Shown here: positions 22,398-32,769 of the stretch, piece after piece
Position numbering within the stretch: the stretch's first letter is position 1
Layout of the letters: the number at the start of each line of letters is the position of its first letter
NCBI GenBank assembly: GCA_963708185.1
Contig: OY970195.1
Coordinates: 864,001 to 928,000 of the forward strand
Length of the DNA stretch: 64,000 nucleotides
Reading direction: 5' to 3'
Origin: Candidatus Peregrinibacteria bacterium
GTDB lineage: Bacteria; Patescibacteriota; Gracilibacteria; UBA1369
Program-made: the position numbers and the translations under genes
The notes under the pieces: model-generated
Database searches by the model: none
The model's input: the letters and a program-made list of their open reading frames with translations, nothing else
Told to the model about the DNA's origin: nothing

Positions 22398-24803
22398 CTA
22401 TAGTTTTTCGCGCAAACCGTTCATCCATCGGTCAGCGGCTTTGGTGAGGTCGAGGTCGATGAGTTTTCCGGAGCCGTTTTTGAAAATGAGTTTTGATGCG
22501 GTTGTGGTCTTGCCGATCAGGAAAGGTTCTACTCCGTACCTTTTGCAAAGCGTCAGAAACTTCTTCTCGTTTTTAGGTTCGATTTCACAGACGAAACCTC
22601 CGGTTTCGCCGAAAAGTTTTTGGTCTTCACGGAGCGAATTCAGGGTTTGAGTGGAGGTCATTTTTTTGGATGATTTTTTCGCGCTTCCGTCGCAATGCGC
22701 GACGTCGATTTGAACTCCGATTTTTCCTTCGCCGGTGTGACCGATGGCCATTTCAGCGACCGCTGCCGCAAGTCCTCCTTCACTGATGTCATGGGCGCTG
22801 GCGATCAATCCGGCCTTTGCTCCATCGACCATCGTGTAGATTTGATGCTGTGTTCCTGTGAAATCAGGTTCCGGAACGTTTTCGCCGAGGTATCCGTGTA
22901 AGCGATAATATTCGGAACCGCCGAGTTCGTTTTTGCGTTTTCCCAAAAGATACATCTTGCTTCCTTTCTTTTTGAGTTGGATGGTAACCGCTTTGGTATA
23001 GTCGTCGATTTTTCCGATGCAGCAGATGATAGCGGTCGGAGCCACGTGCCCGTTTTTGCTTTCGTTGTAAAGGCTGACGTTTCCTGAAATCACCGGCGTG
23101 GGTGACCCGGGATAGTTTTTCAGTTTTACTCCGTAACAAGCGTCGCGGACACCTTCGACGCCTTCTTTCAACTCCCACATCTGTTCTGGTTTTTCCGGAT
23201 TGCCGTAATTGAGACAATCGGTGACGGCTTGTGGATACGCTCCGACAGCTGCCACGTTACGCATCGATTCCAGCACGGCGTTGGCGGCACCTGCATACGG
23301 ACTGATCAATCCATATCTCGGGTTGCTGTCGGTGGAGACAGCCATGCCGACTTTCTTGGCTTTGGCATCTACATCTTCATCCATGAGCGGAGCGAGGATA
23401 CCGGCATCAGCAGCACCGGCTTCCAGTACCACGAAACCCTGGACCTGTTTATCGTACCGTTCGTAGACGGGTTTGCGGCAGGCGATGTTTTCGGATGAAA
23501 GGAGCGCGAGAAGTTCTTTGTTATAGTCTTTCGGAGCCGGTAAATCCGGTTCCGAAACTTGCATTTTTGGAGGCAGGTACGGACGGTTGTAGAGCAGTCC
23601 TTCGGTGATATCCCGGGATTTTGCGTCAACAACTTTTTTTCCTTTGTATTTGAGGACGTAATTGCCTTCTTTCACCTTCCCTACGAGCGATGCCCTGGCG
23701 TTTTCGGCTACGGAAGGGAGGTTCCATTTTTTGTTGTAGTGATCAAGAATCATCCTGGTGAGACTTGGATGGCACATCCAGGTGAACCGCTCCTGGGTTT
23801 CCGAACAGGCGATAACGGACGGCGGAAGGTTCTTGACGGCCACGTGGACTTTTTCCAGATTGATCTCGGCTCCGAGGCCGACCTTGGCGACCTGCTCCAC
23901 GGTTGAGCAGCTTACGCCGCCGGCACCCATGTCTTTGTAACTGACTTTGTGGATACGTTTCTTTTTTTGAAGTTCGGCGAAAAGATCATAGGTTGAAACC
24001 AGGATATGACGTTTCAAAAAAGGATTGGGTTCCTGAACGGCTCCTTTATTCTTTTCTTTCTCCGACTCCTTTAAAATTCCCGAAGCGAAAGCGGCTCCCC
24101 CCATACCGCTGAAATCCGTGGGTTTTCCCACAACAATGATGTCCCATTTTTCTTTGGCGGCGTTCTTGCTGACGAAGGAATGAATGAGCTGAGATTCACG
24201 GACCAGACCCAGCGCCACGACGTTGACGAGACAGTTGTCGTTGAAGGAAGGATCAAAATACACGTCACCTCCGAGGTTCGGGACCCCGATAGGGTTGCCG
24301 TATCCGGCGATGCCGCTGATGGCTCCGCCGGAAATCTGGCGGGCGGCGTTATCTTTTACATCACCAAAGCGGAGCGGGTCCATCACGCCGATGACTTTCG
24401 CTCCCATGCAGGCCACGTCGCGGACGCAGCCGCCCACACCGGTCGCCGCGCCTTCAAACGGGACGATCTGCGAAGGATGGTTGTGGCTTTCGTGGCTGAC
24501 GACCAAACCGTAGCGGTCGCCTTTGACTTTGGCTATTTCCACCACGCCGGCATCTTCACCCACACCCAAAATGACGTTCGGAGCGCTTATCGGCAGCATT
24601 TTAAGATAGGGTTTGCTGCTCTTGTACGAACAATGTTCGGATCCCTGGATGCCCCACAAGACTGCCTCGGTCATGGTGGGCGGACGTTTTAAAATCCCTT
24701 CCACTTTTCTCGCTTCCTCGACCGTCAACCCGATCTGATGTTTCTGAAGGGCCAAAGTGACCTCATCATCAGTCATCCGGGAGAAAGCTAAGGTTTTTTC
24801 CAT
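22398..24803 (-). CDS. purL: Phosphoribosylformylglycinamidine synthase subunit PurL (small type)
   Basis: SEHCSYKSS, ESHNHPS, DMGAGG and LNYGNPEKP motifs. Confidence 0.97.
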   Translation of the reverse strand: MEKTLAFSRMTDDEVTLALQKHQIGLTVEEARKVEGILKRPPTMTEAVLWGIQGSEHCSYKSSKPYLKMLPISAPNVILGVGEDAGVVEIAKVKGDRYGLVVSHESHNHPSQIVPFEGAATGVGGCVRDVACMGAKVIGVMDPLRFGDVKDNAARQISGGAISGIAGYGNPIGVPNLGGDVYFDPSFNDNCLVNVVALGLVRESQLIHSFVSKNAAKEKWDIIVVGKPTDFSGMGGAAFASGILKESEKEKNKGAVQEPNPFLKRHILVSTYDLFAELQKKKRIHKVSYKDMGAGGVSCSTVEQVAKVGLGAEINLEKVHVAVKNLPPSVIACSETQERFTWMCHPSLTRMILDHYNKKWNLPSVAENARASLVGKVKEGNYVLKYKGKKVVDAKSRDITEGLLYNRPYLPPKMQVSEPDLPAPKDYNKELLALLSSENIACRKPVYERYDKQVQGFVVLEAGAADAGILAPLMDEDVDAKAKKVGMAVSTDSNPRYGLISPYAGAANAVLESMRNVAAVGAYPQAVTDCLNYGNPEKPEQMWELKEGVEGVRDACYGVKLKNYPGSPTPVISGNVSLYNESKNGHVAPTAIICCIGKIDDYTKAVTIQLKKKGSKMYLLGKRKNELGGSEYYRLHGYLGENVPEPDFTGTQHQIYTMVDGAKAGLIASAHDISEGGLAAAVAEMAIGHTGEGKIGVQIDVAHCDGSAKKSSKKMTSTQTLNSLREDQKLFGETGGFVCEIEPKNEKKFLTLCKRYGVEPFLIGKTTTASKLIFKNGSGKLIDLDLTKAADRWMNGLREKL

Positions 24804-24856
24804 GGAAGGAAGAAAAAATTAGAGAGTTGCGGCTGGATCCGATCTTCGCTTCAAGC

Positions 24857-25072
24857 CTATCGTACGAAAGGCATGAGCGCCATGAAGCGCGCGTTTTTGA
24901 CGGCACGAGCCAACTGTTTCTGATATTTCAATGACGTTCCCGTGTAATAGCGGGCCGTGATCTTATTGTATTGTGAAACGTATTTCCTTAAAAGCTTTAC
25001 GTTCTTGTAATCGATGTACTTGATGTTATTGACCGTAAAGAAGCAAGGTTTGTTGTATTTATTCTTCGCCAT
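24857..25072 (-). CDS. rpsR: 30S ribosomal protein S18
   Basis: IDYKNVKLLRKY...ARAVKNARFMALMP. Confidence 0.97.
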   Translation of the reverse strand: MAKNKYNKPCFFTVNNIKYIDYKNVKLLRKYVSQYNKITARYYTGTSLKYQKQLARAVKNARFMALMPFVR

Positions 25073-25107
25073 AGTTCAGAGAGATTTAGAGTATAAGTAG
25101 AAAAGAG

Positions 25108-25539
25108 TTATTCCTGATGTTCGTCCATGGGCATGTCATCGGGCATCTGGTCCATTCCGGATTCGTCATGGTGATGCATGTCGTGTTCATGTTCGCCGTC
25201 TTCGGAAGAGCGTTTATCGAGCATAATCAGATCGTTGACGACGATTTCCGTTCGGAACTTCTTCACGCCTTCAGGAGTATCCCAGCTGCGGGTCTTGAGA
25301 TAACCTTCGACGTAGACCAGTTTTCCTTTGCGGATATATTTGCTGCAAATTTCAGCGAGTTTTGACCATGCAACGACTTCATGGAACTCACTCGAAGTGT
25401 GATGTTCGCCGTTCCTCGTCATCCAGTCACGGTTGGTGGCAATGCCGAATGTCGCAATCGGCTGACCGCTTACGGTCTGTTTGATTTCAGGGTCCCGCGT
25501 GACGTTTCCGATGAGAATGACTTTATTGATACTTCGCAT
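25108..25539 (-). CDS. ssb: Single-stranded DNA-binding protein
   Basis: INKVILIGNVTRDPE and KGKLVYVEGYLKTRSW motifs. Confidence 0.97.
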   Translation of the reverse strand: MRSINKVILIGNVTRDPEIKQTVSGQPIATFGIATNRDWMTRNGEHHTSSEFHEVVAWSKLAEICSKYIRKGKLVYVEGYLKTRSWDTPEGVKKFRTEIVVNDLIMLDKRSSEDGEHEHDMHHHDESGMDQMPDDMPMDEHQE

Positions 25540-25544
25540 AGATG

Positions 25545-26165
25545 TTAGAAGTTAATGTCCGGGTTTGAAAGGATGCTGTCGAGCTTGGCATCGATATCTT
25601 CCAGAGACTTTTTCTCTTCTTTTTTCTTTGCGGGTTTCTTTGGGGTTTCTTCCGTTTCGGCTTTCTCTTCTTTCTTCTCTTCTTTTTCAGCCTTTTCAAC
25701 TTTCGCCGGCTTTTCCTCCTTTACAGGCTCCTCTTTCGGGATTTCAGCCTTTCTGACCTGGCCGATTCTTGGTTTCTTCTCTTTTTTATCCACTTTCTTT
25801 TCTTCAGGCATGATCTGTTCGACCTCAGCTTCCATTTCGGAAATGGTCTTGGGCTGGTAGATGGACGGAAGCTTGATCATGAGATGGCGAAGGACTTCCG
25901 TTTCGAGTTGGAGCATTCTTTCCAGCTCCCTGACCCGTTGAGGATCGAAGTTGAGATCCAGGACTGCGTAGTAGCCCTGGTCTTGTTTTCTGATCTGATA
26001 GGCCAGATCGCGAAGACCCCAAATGTCTTCGAAAAAGATCTCCCCGCCGAAATCCTTGATGGACTTGCGGAGAGCGTCGAGTCTTTTGTTGATAGCCGCT
26101 TCGCCGATTTCCGGCGAGACGATGACCATCAATTCATACCTTACGGTATCGGTTTGTGTGCTCAT
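25545..26165 (-). CDS. rpsF: 30S ribosomal protein S6 with K/E-rich C-terminal extension
   Basis: RYELMVIVSP and WGLRDLAYQI motifs; start reassigned to ATG 26165; rpsF-ssb-rpsR order. Confidence 0.95.
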   Translation of the reverse strand: MSTQTDTVRYELMVIVSPEIGEAAINKRLDALRKSIKDFGGEIFFEDIWGLRDLAYQIRKQDQGYYAVLDLNFDPQRVRELERMLQLETEVLRHLMIKLPSIYQPKTISEMEAEVEQIMPEEKKVDKKEKKPRIGQVRKAEIPKEEPVKEEKPAKVEKAEKEEKKEEKAETEETPKKPAKKKEEKKSLEDIDAKLDSILSNPDINF

Positions 26166-26657
26166 CTTAGCTTTGGATGAAGGAATAAAATTCTTAAGAA
26201 GAGTCGATGCTCCATTGAGAGGAGTCGCTCTCCAGGAAAGAAGAAGCATGAGGACTCTAACAAAAAGTTTTAGCTCATGCAAGGCTAATTTCGGGGTTTT
26301 CCTTGAAATTCCGACGGGAAGAATATGTATATCAATTCAATAAAGTGCCATCCAAGTCAATACTTTGCTTGCATTTTGTAAAAATTGTTTTATTTTAATA
26401 TGCTAATTTTTTGTTTTTGGCTTCTATAAGTCAAAAATCAAGATATCCGTTTACTCTTTACAAATCTTTTTTGACACTATATATTCCCTGACCGGTCAAT
26501 GGTAAAGGATAGCAAGAGTACTGAATTGGGTGTAGATTGGATTAATGGAAGGCAAGAAAAAAGTGTTCTATAAGCTAATAACTCGGTAAAACGTTTTTCC
26601 TTTTCTCACTCAAAATCAAATCGGGAGCATAAGGACTGGGACAACTAAAAAGTTATT

Positions 26658-27941
26658 ATGAGCCAAACGCCTGTCGCTAGGACTACTGAACAATTCGCTG
26701 TAAATCAGAACGCCCGCAGAGCGCGCCACCAGAAGGTTTTTGCAAAATCAACCTTGCTGCGTTGGCCAAGCTTCTCGCTTTCGTCACTCTTCGCTTCAGC
26801 CAAGAGTTCTTCAAAGGGGGTTCTTTTGGGAAAGATCGCTCCTCTTTTACATCGCGGGCATGTTGACGCTCAACATTATACTTCTCCGTCACATCGTTTA
26901 TTTACTCGCTATGGAGCTGTCGTGGCTCTTTTGTTTTTTATCGGATCAATCACGCCTTCAAATGCCTATTCCGACGGTTTTGTCTCGGGATATGTTGACC
27001 TCAACGGATCCATTGATCAGACCGCGACGGATTCTCCGCTCATGGCGGATCAGGATGGGTACCTTACAAAGGTCAATCCTCAGACCGATGCCGGAGACCG
27101 CAGCAGCATGAACGACTATCTTACGCATACCGTCGTTTCCGGCGATACCATCTCCACCATTGCCGCCCAGTACGGCCTGAAGCAGAATACTATCTTATGG
27201 GCGAACAATCTGAGCGCAAATTCGACTCTCAAAGTGAGCCAGCAATTGCTTATTCCTCCAGTGGACGGAATTTATCATCAGGTATCCAAGAATGAAACCG
27301 TCTCTAAAATCGCCAGCTCCTACAGTGTCAGCAGCGACAGCATCATCAAGCAAAACGGGCTTACCGCAGACGCAACGCTGACCGCTGGCGATGAAATTTT
27401 CATTCCGGGAGCCAAACCTCTTATCGCCGACGCACCGGTCACTTCAACAACGGGACGCGATACCCCGGCCCGCGTCGCTTCAAGTACCCGCGTGAACGCT
27501 GTCACAACGGGCGGGGCCATTCTCCAACCGACCGATGATACTCCGGTCGGAGACAAACCATTCATTTTCCCGACCCGCGGTATCATCACCCAGGGTTTCC
27601 ATCCAGGCCACTATGCCTTTGATATCGCCAACCGCGACCGTCCCGCTATCTGGGCTGCCGGTTCAGGGACCGTGGTCAAGGTTGTCAGCGGATGCGCAAA
27701 CGTCTCCTACAGCTGCGGAGGAGGCTACGGAAACCACGTTATTATCGACCACGGCAACGGCCTTCAGACACTTTACGGCCACATGACCTATCCGACGGTA
27801 AAAGTCGGTGACCACGTCACTCAGGGTCAGGTTATCGGAAAGATGGGACGTTCAGGAAACGTCCGCGGTATCACCGGCATCCATCTCCACTTCGAGGTCC
27901 GCAAGAACGGCGTGAAGATGCTTCCTTCGAACTACTACTAA
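26658..27941 (+). CDS. LysM-repeat M23 family metallopeptidase
   Basis: Two LysM repeats, H...D (HYAFD), LYGH and HLHFEVR motifs. Confidence 0.93.
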   Translation: MSQTPVARTTEQFAVNQNARRARHQKVFAKSTLLRWPSFSLSSLFASAKSSSKGVLLGKIAPLLHRGHVDAQHYTSPSHRLFTRYGAVVALLFFIGSITPSNAYSDGFVSGYVDLNGSIDQTATDSPLMADQDGYLTKVNPQTDAGDRSSMNDYLTHTVVSGDTISTIAAQYGLKQNTILWANNLSANSTLKVSQQLLIPPVDGIYHQVSKNETVSKIASSYSVSSDSIIKQNGLTADATLTAGDEIFIPGAKPLIADAPVTSTTGRDTPARVASSTRVNAVTTGGAILQPTDDTPVGDKPFIFPTRGIITQGFHPGHYAFDIANRDRPAIWAAGSGTVVKVVSGCANVSYSCGGGYGNHVIIDHGNGLQTLYGHMTYPTVKVGDHVTQGQVIGKMGRSGNVRGITGIHLHFEVRKNGVKMLPSNYY

Positions 27942-28698
27942 TATCAATTCCCGGCGAGGCTCTTACCACTGCGTTTTTTAAAAGTGCCAGTGGTTTTTCG
28001 AATGCCGCCGGGTTTTTGAGGGATGCAAACCGATCTTTCAGTTCGCGAGGCGCAAACTGATCAAGAAACAGACCAAACTGGGCTGTCCCGACGGCTCCGC
28101 TGACGCGGGTGGCCGCTTGGATTTCTCCAATGGACGGGTCCTGATGCTGACTCGCCTGTCGTCCTGTGGAACGAATCCACTGCCATACTTCTTTATTTTT
28201 CTTTCCAAGTAATTGTTCAGCAAATCCCTGACATTCAAGAATAAACTGAAATAGGGCCAGCGTTTCGTTGTAATAGTCATAAAATCCTTCCTGCGGGCGG
28301 CCTTGAGTCCATCCGAAATCCATATCCAATCTTTCTTTCGATGAAATAACATCGGGCGGGAGCTTTTTTACAAATCTCTGCTTCCTTGATCCCCTGACCA
28401 GGAAATGGACGTATCCCCGTTCATCTGTGTACTCTTCATAGACCGTCCCTTGTAAATCATAAAAAAGAGAAGGATTATGAACCATTTCCCTTTTGCTTTT
28501 GTCTTTCAGGAAGACCAAAAGTCTCGACCGATAACGCATGTCATTGAGCAGCGATTGCTTCCAGCTGTCTATTCTCGCATCGAAGACCAATTTGTGTTTT
28601 CTTTCTTCAAGGTCAATGTCGGGCGTTTTTCCTTTTGCGGGTGGATTTTCCTTTTCTTGTACTTCTTTTTGTACTTCGAGGGTCTCTTTCCTGGACAT
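27871..28698 (-). CDS. Hypothetical protein
   Basis: 275-aa ORF filling the gap; 3' overlap of 71 nt with the convergent M23 gene. Confidence 0.6.
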   Translation of the reverse strand: MSRKETLEVQKEVQEKENPPAKGKTPDIDLEERKHKLVFDARIDSWKQSLLNDMRYRSRLLVFLKDKSKREMVHNPSLFYDLQGTVYEEYTDERGYVHFLVRGSRKQRFVKKLPPDVISSKERLDMDFGWTQGRPQEGFYDYYNETLALFQFILECQGFAEQLLGKKNKEVWQWIRSTGRQASQHQDPSIGEIQAATRVSGAVGTAQFGLFLDQFAPRELKDRFASLKNPAAFEKPLALLKNAVVRASPGIDISSSSKEASSRRSCGPRSGDGCR

Positions 28699-28870
28699 AG
28701 CGATGTGTTAAAAATTACTTTTAAGGTTTTGCATTAAAGCATTTTTCGTTTTACAGGGCAATACCCAACATTGATCCGCCCGCTTGACCTTGGGGCGTGG
28801 TTTGCTAAACTACCCACGGCCTCAGAGCATACCATACGATGGCGAGGGCCCTGAGCGTAAAAAAAACTTT

Positions 28871-29128
28871 ATGTGGAAAACCCTCCAGGAACTTCCCAGA
28901 AAACCGGTGCTCGCGCTCATCAAGGCCTACCAGATGACACTTTCCCCGGACCATGGTTTTTTCAAGAGCCTCTTTCCCTATGGATACTGCAAGTACAAGC
29001 CCACGTGCTCACAATACGGCTACGGGGCGATCAAAAAATATGGGCTGCTTCGAGGTGTTCCATTGGCACTCTGGAGAATCATACGGTGCAATCCCTGCAG
29101 CAGGGGCGGGCACGACCCGGTGAAGTAA
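28871..29128 (+). CDS. yidD: Membrane protein insertion efficiency factor
   Basis: YQMTLSP, CKYKPTCSQY and RIIRCNP...GGHDPV motifs. Confidence 0.93.
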   Translation: MWKTLQELPRKPVLALIKAYQMTLSPDHGFFKSLFPYGYCKYKPTCSQYGYGAIKKYGLLRGVPLALWRIIRCNPCSRGGHDPVK

Positions 29129-29162
29129 CCCAGCCATTCAATCTTTTAACAACACCGCAGCA

Positions 29163-30698
29163 ATGATCAAACGCGCGATTCTGAGTGTCACGGACAAGAC
29201 GGGGATTGTTGAATTCGCCAAAAAACTGGCGGACAAAGGGATCGAAATTCTTTCCACCGGGGGAACGGCCAAAGTTTTACAGGAAGGCGGCGTCAACGTG
29301 GTGGAAGTTTCGGATTATACCGGTTTTCCTGAAATGATGGACGGACGGGTCAAAACGCTCCACCCAAAAATACATGGGGGCTTATTGGCCGTACGAAGCA
29401 ACAAAGACCATATGGCCGCCCTGGAAAAAATGGGGGCCGGGACCATCGACATGGTGGTGGTGAACCTGTACCAGTTTGAAGAGACCGTTGAAAAAGAGGG
29501 CGTGAGCGAGGCCGAGGCTATTGAGAACATCGACATCGGCGGCCCGAGCATGATCCGCTCGGGCGCGAAAAATTTCGCGTCCGTCACGGTGGTGGTGGAC
29601 CCCGACGATTATGACAGAGTGTGGAAGGAGATCGAAGCCGATGGAGACACAAAACCTGAAACCCGCAAACACCTTGCCTGGAAGGCTTTCAACAGGACCT
29701 ACAAATACGACGAGGCGATCGAACATTACTTCCGTAAAATCCTTGGCGAGGCCGAGCTCATGGACCTGCACTATGAGAAAGTCATGAGCCTGCGTTACGG
29801 TGAAAACCCGCATCAGAAAGCGGCATTTTTCCGCAATCCCGAAAACCATGACGCCAACATCACCAACGCCAAAGTCCTTCACGGCAAACAGCTCTCGTTC
29901 AATAACATCGTTGACGGGGATTCGGCGCTGGAACTGGTCAAGGAGTTCAAACGCCCCACCGTGACGATCATCAAACACAATAACCCCTGCGGCGTGGCTT
30001 CGGCCGATACGATCGAGGAAGCCATGGAAAAAGCCTATCAGGTGGATTCGATGTCGGCATTCGGTGGAGTGATGGCCTGCAACCGTCCGGTGACCAAAGC
30101 CATGGTGGACTCCATCAACAAAAAAAAGTGGTTCCTTGAGATCATCATTGCTCCGAAGTTCGAGGAAGATGCCCTCCAACAGCTTATGAAGAAGCCAAAT
30201 TTGAGGCTTCTGGAAACGGGCCCGCTCAAACTGGACGTCAACCGCCGCGATATCAAAAAAGTTGCCGGCGGCATTCTCATCCAGAGCGAAGACACGTATG
30301 AGGTGACAGAAAAAGACATCAACGTCGTGAGCAAAAAACAGCCGACTCAGGAACAGATCCAGGCTATGCTCTTTGCCACGAAAGTCTGCAAACGCGTGAA
30401 ATCCAACGCCATTATTCTGGCCAAAGGAGAAGAAGTCATGGGCATCGGAGCGGGGCAGATGTCGCGCGTGGATGCGGTGCATCTGGCCTGCTATAAAGCA
30501 GGAGACCGCGCCAAGGGAAGCGTGATGGCTTCGGATGCGTTCTTTCCTTTTGCCGACGGCATCGAAATGGCCGCAGAAAACGGTGTGGTTGCGGTTATTT
30601 CACCCGGCGGATCGATCCGCGACGAAGAGGTCATCAAGCGTGCCGATGAACTCGGCCTGGTGATGGTCTTCACCCGGGTGCGTCTTTTCAGACACTAA
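29163..30698 (+). CDS. purH: Bifunctional AICAR transformylase/IMP cyclohydrolase
   Basis: [24 protein letters not shown] and SDAFFPF motifs. Confidence 0.98.
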   Translation: MIKRAILSVTDKTGIVEFAKKLADKGIEILSTGGTAKVLQEGGVNVVEVSDYTGFPEMMDGRVKTLHPKIHGGLLAVRSNKDHMAALEKMGAGTIDMVVVNLYQFEETVEKEGVSEAEAIENIDIGGPSMIRSGAKNFASVTVVVDPDDYDRVWKEIEADGDTKPETRKHLAWKAFNRTYKYDEAIEHYFRKILGEAELMDLHYEKVMSLRYGENPHQKAAFFRNPENHDANITNAKVLHGKQLSFNNIVDGDSALELVKEFKRPTVTIIKHNNPCGVASADTIEEAMEKAYQVDSMSAFGGVMACNRPVTKAMVDSINKKKWFLEIIIAPKFEEDALQQLMKKPNLRLLETGPLKLDVNRRDIKKVAGGILIQSEDTYEVTEKDINVVSKKQPTQEQIQAMLFATKVCKRVKSNAIILAKGEEVMGIGAGQMSRVDAVHLACYKAGDRAKGSVMASDAFFPFADGIEMAAENGVVAVISPGGSIRDEEVIKRADELGLVMVFTRVRLFRH

Positions 30699-30702
30699 AA
30701 TG

Positions 30703-31749
30703 TTATTGCCAGGAGACGTTGGTGTCGTCGAACGGCGTTTTGAAGGTGACGAAAATGAGCGGGTGGGTTTTATCGTTGGAGTTCTGAAACGCTTCCGCGA
30801 CGCCGGCCGGAATGATAACCACCGATCCGTCGGTGACGTCCTGTTTCTTGTCGCCGATGGTAAAGACGCCTTTTCCTGAAATGACGAAAATGATCTGGGT
30901 GGTGTTTTCGTAGGTATGGAGGCCGATATTTCCCTTGAGTTTATAGAGTTCGAGACTACCGTTGTTGTTTCTCTGCAGCGTGCTGTCTTCAAAGTTCCCC
31001 TTGATGTCGTCGAGACCGGCTGCCAGGAGTTTGGTCGTATCGTACGAGCCGAAGGTGAATCCGTTCTTGTCGGCAGGATTTGCGGGAGGTGCCGGTTCAG
31101 CCGGTGGCGTTGTCGCGGTCTGGTCGGCCGTGGACGCGGTGTTTGTCGTTGTCGTCGTGGTCCCGGTGGCCACAGGCGTGTTCATGACCGTAACGATGGG
31201 GTTCCCTGTTGGCAGGTTGATCTTTCCCGGATCCCATAACAGATAGACCTTGCTGTAATCGCTGGAAAGGCTCTGTGCCACATTGTTGAACTGTTCGGAA
31301 TCGAGGTCGGGCATCGCCGTCATCGTTGCCGACATAAGATCTTTCGTCGGCATCCATAATTTTTTCTCATCGGCGGTGAAGGTGTTGTACATTTCAGGTC
31401 CGACGATTGTTTCCACGCCGACAAGCCTTGAATCTCCTTCGTTGCCGTCATACAGCTGGCACTGGGTCATGTTGCCGACCACGCTTTTGCAGTATTTGTT
31501 GACTGTCATATCGGCGTTGCCGGGGAAAAGCTTTTTGGAAGTCATGTGGAGCGTCCAGCCTTCGGAAGGGACAAGTGCGGTCTGCTCCTGGGTCTGCTGT
31601 TCCGTTTGGGTCATGGCCGTGTCGGCATTTTCATCGGTTGCCGGAGCCGGGCTTCCTCCGCATCCTGAAAGCAACAGTGCCGTTGCGCAAACCGAAGCGA
31701 GAAGGATTTTCGGGGTGTGTTTTTTTTGCAGAAGCGTAAAAATTTTCAT
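30703..31749 (-). CDS. Lipoprotein, DUF1264/OBAP-like domain fused to a cupin domain
   Basis: Lipobox LLSGC; YC...QCQLYD....RLVGVE; C-terminal IFVISGKG...IIPAGV cupin pattern. Confidence 0.7.
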   Translation of the reverse strand: MKIFTLLQKKHTPKILLASVCATALLLSGCGGSPAPATDENADTAMTQTEQQTQEQTALVPSEGWTLHMTSKKLFPGNADMTVNKYCKSVVGNMTQCQLYDGNEGDSRLVGVETIVGPEMYNTFTADEKKLWMPTKDLMSATMTAMPDLDSEQFNNVAQSLSSDYSKVYLLWDPGKINLPTGNPIVTVMNTPVATGTTTTTTNTASTADQTATTPPAEPAPPANPADKNGFTFGSYDTTKLLAAGLDDIKGNFEDSTLQRNNNGSLELYKLKGNIGLHTYENTTQIIFVISGKGVFTIGDKKQDVTDGSVVIIPAGVAEAFQNSNDKTHPLIFVTFKTPFDDTNVSWQ

Positions 31750-31807
31750 GGCATTCAAGGGTTTAGAAGAGTACAATCGTTGGGCATTATAACCTCATGA
31801 TTTTGCT

Positions 31808-32653
31808 ATGTCAGTACAGGAAGCCTTGATTTTGGGAGTGATCCAGGGTTTAACAGAATTTCTGCCCGTTTCTTCATCGGGACATTTGGTCTTGGCAGAG
31901 TCACTCATGAAGCTTCCGGTGGAAAACCTGAAAAGCTTTGACATTGCCACGCACGTCGGGACGCTTTTAGCTTTGCTTGTGTATTTCTGGAAGGACATCT
32001 GGAACATTATCATGGCCTTTTTCCTGAGCATCGGACAGATCTTCACCAGGAAAAAACTTTCTCCTGAAATGGAAAAATCACAGAAGATGATGGTATACCT
32101 TTTGCTGGCCACCATCCCGGCGATTATTTTCGGCGTGACGTTAAGTGATTGGCTCGATGCCGTCTTCAGACATCCCTTTTCCGTAGCGATTTTCCTGATC
32201 CTCGTGGGTGTGCTGTTTTTCGTGGCTGAATATATTTACAGCAAAATGAAGACCCGCGAAGTAGGTCTGCGTGAAGCCATTATTATGGGTCTTTGCCAGT
32301 GTCTTGCCCTGATGCCCGGGGTATCACGCTCCGGCATCACGATCGGCGCGGGCATTGTGCAGGGCGTCAAGCGCGACGAAGCCGCTAAATTTTCTTTTCT
32401 TTTGGGGGCGATCGCCATTTTCGGGGCCGCGGTGTTCGCGGTATACGACATCAGCAAAGGGAAATATCTGATGCCCTCCACGGATGTGCTCATCGCGGGA
32501 ATCCTGAGTTCCTTTGTGGTCGGACTTGCGGCAATCTCGTTCCTGATGCGGTATTTGAAAAAACACTCCCTGCATATTTTTGGTGTATACCGGGTAATTT
32601 TAGGTTTTGTGCTGCTGTATCTTCTAAACTTCACGACGGTGTTTGCGAAATAG
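31808..32653 (+). CDS. uppP: Undecaprenyl-diphosphatase
   Basis: QGLTEFLPVSSSGHL and PGVSRSG motifs. Confidence 0.97.
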   Translation: MSVQEALILGVIQGLTEFLPVSSSGHLVLAESLMKLPVENLKSFDIATHVGTLLALLVYFWKDIWNIIMAFFLSIGQIFTRKKLSPEMEKSQKMMVYLLLATIPAIIFGVTLSDWLDAVFRHPFSVAIFLILVGVLFFVAEYIYSKMKTREVGLREAIIMGLCQCLALMPGVSRSGITIGAGIVQGVKRDEAAKFSFLLGAIAIFGAAVFAVYDISKGKYLMPSTDVLIAGILSSFVVGLAAISFLMRYLKKHSLHIFGVYRVILGFVLLYLLNFTTVFAK

Positions 32654-32769
32654 TTTTTTCCAAAAAAATTAACTGGACAAAACGTAGAAATATCCATAGA
32701 ATAGTGGAAAATCACCCTGGGAAATTTGGCTGTTTTCAGGCCAAATCTCCCTTTTTTCTTCACATATTT

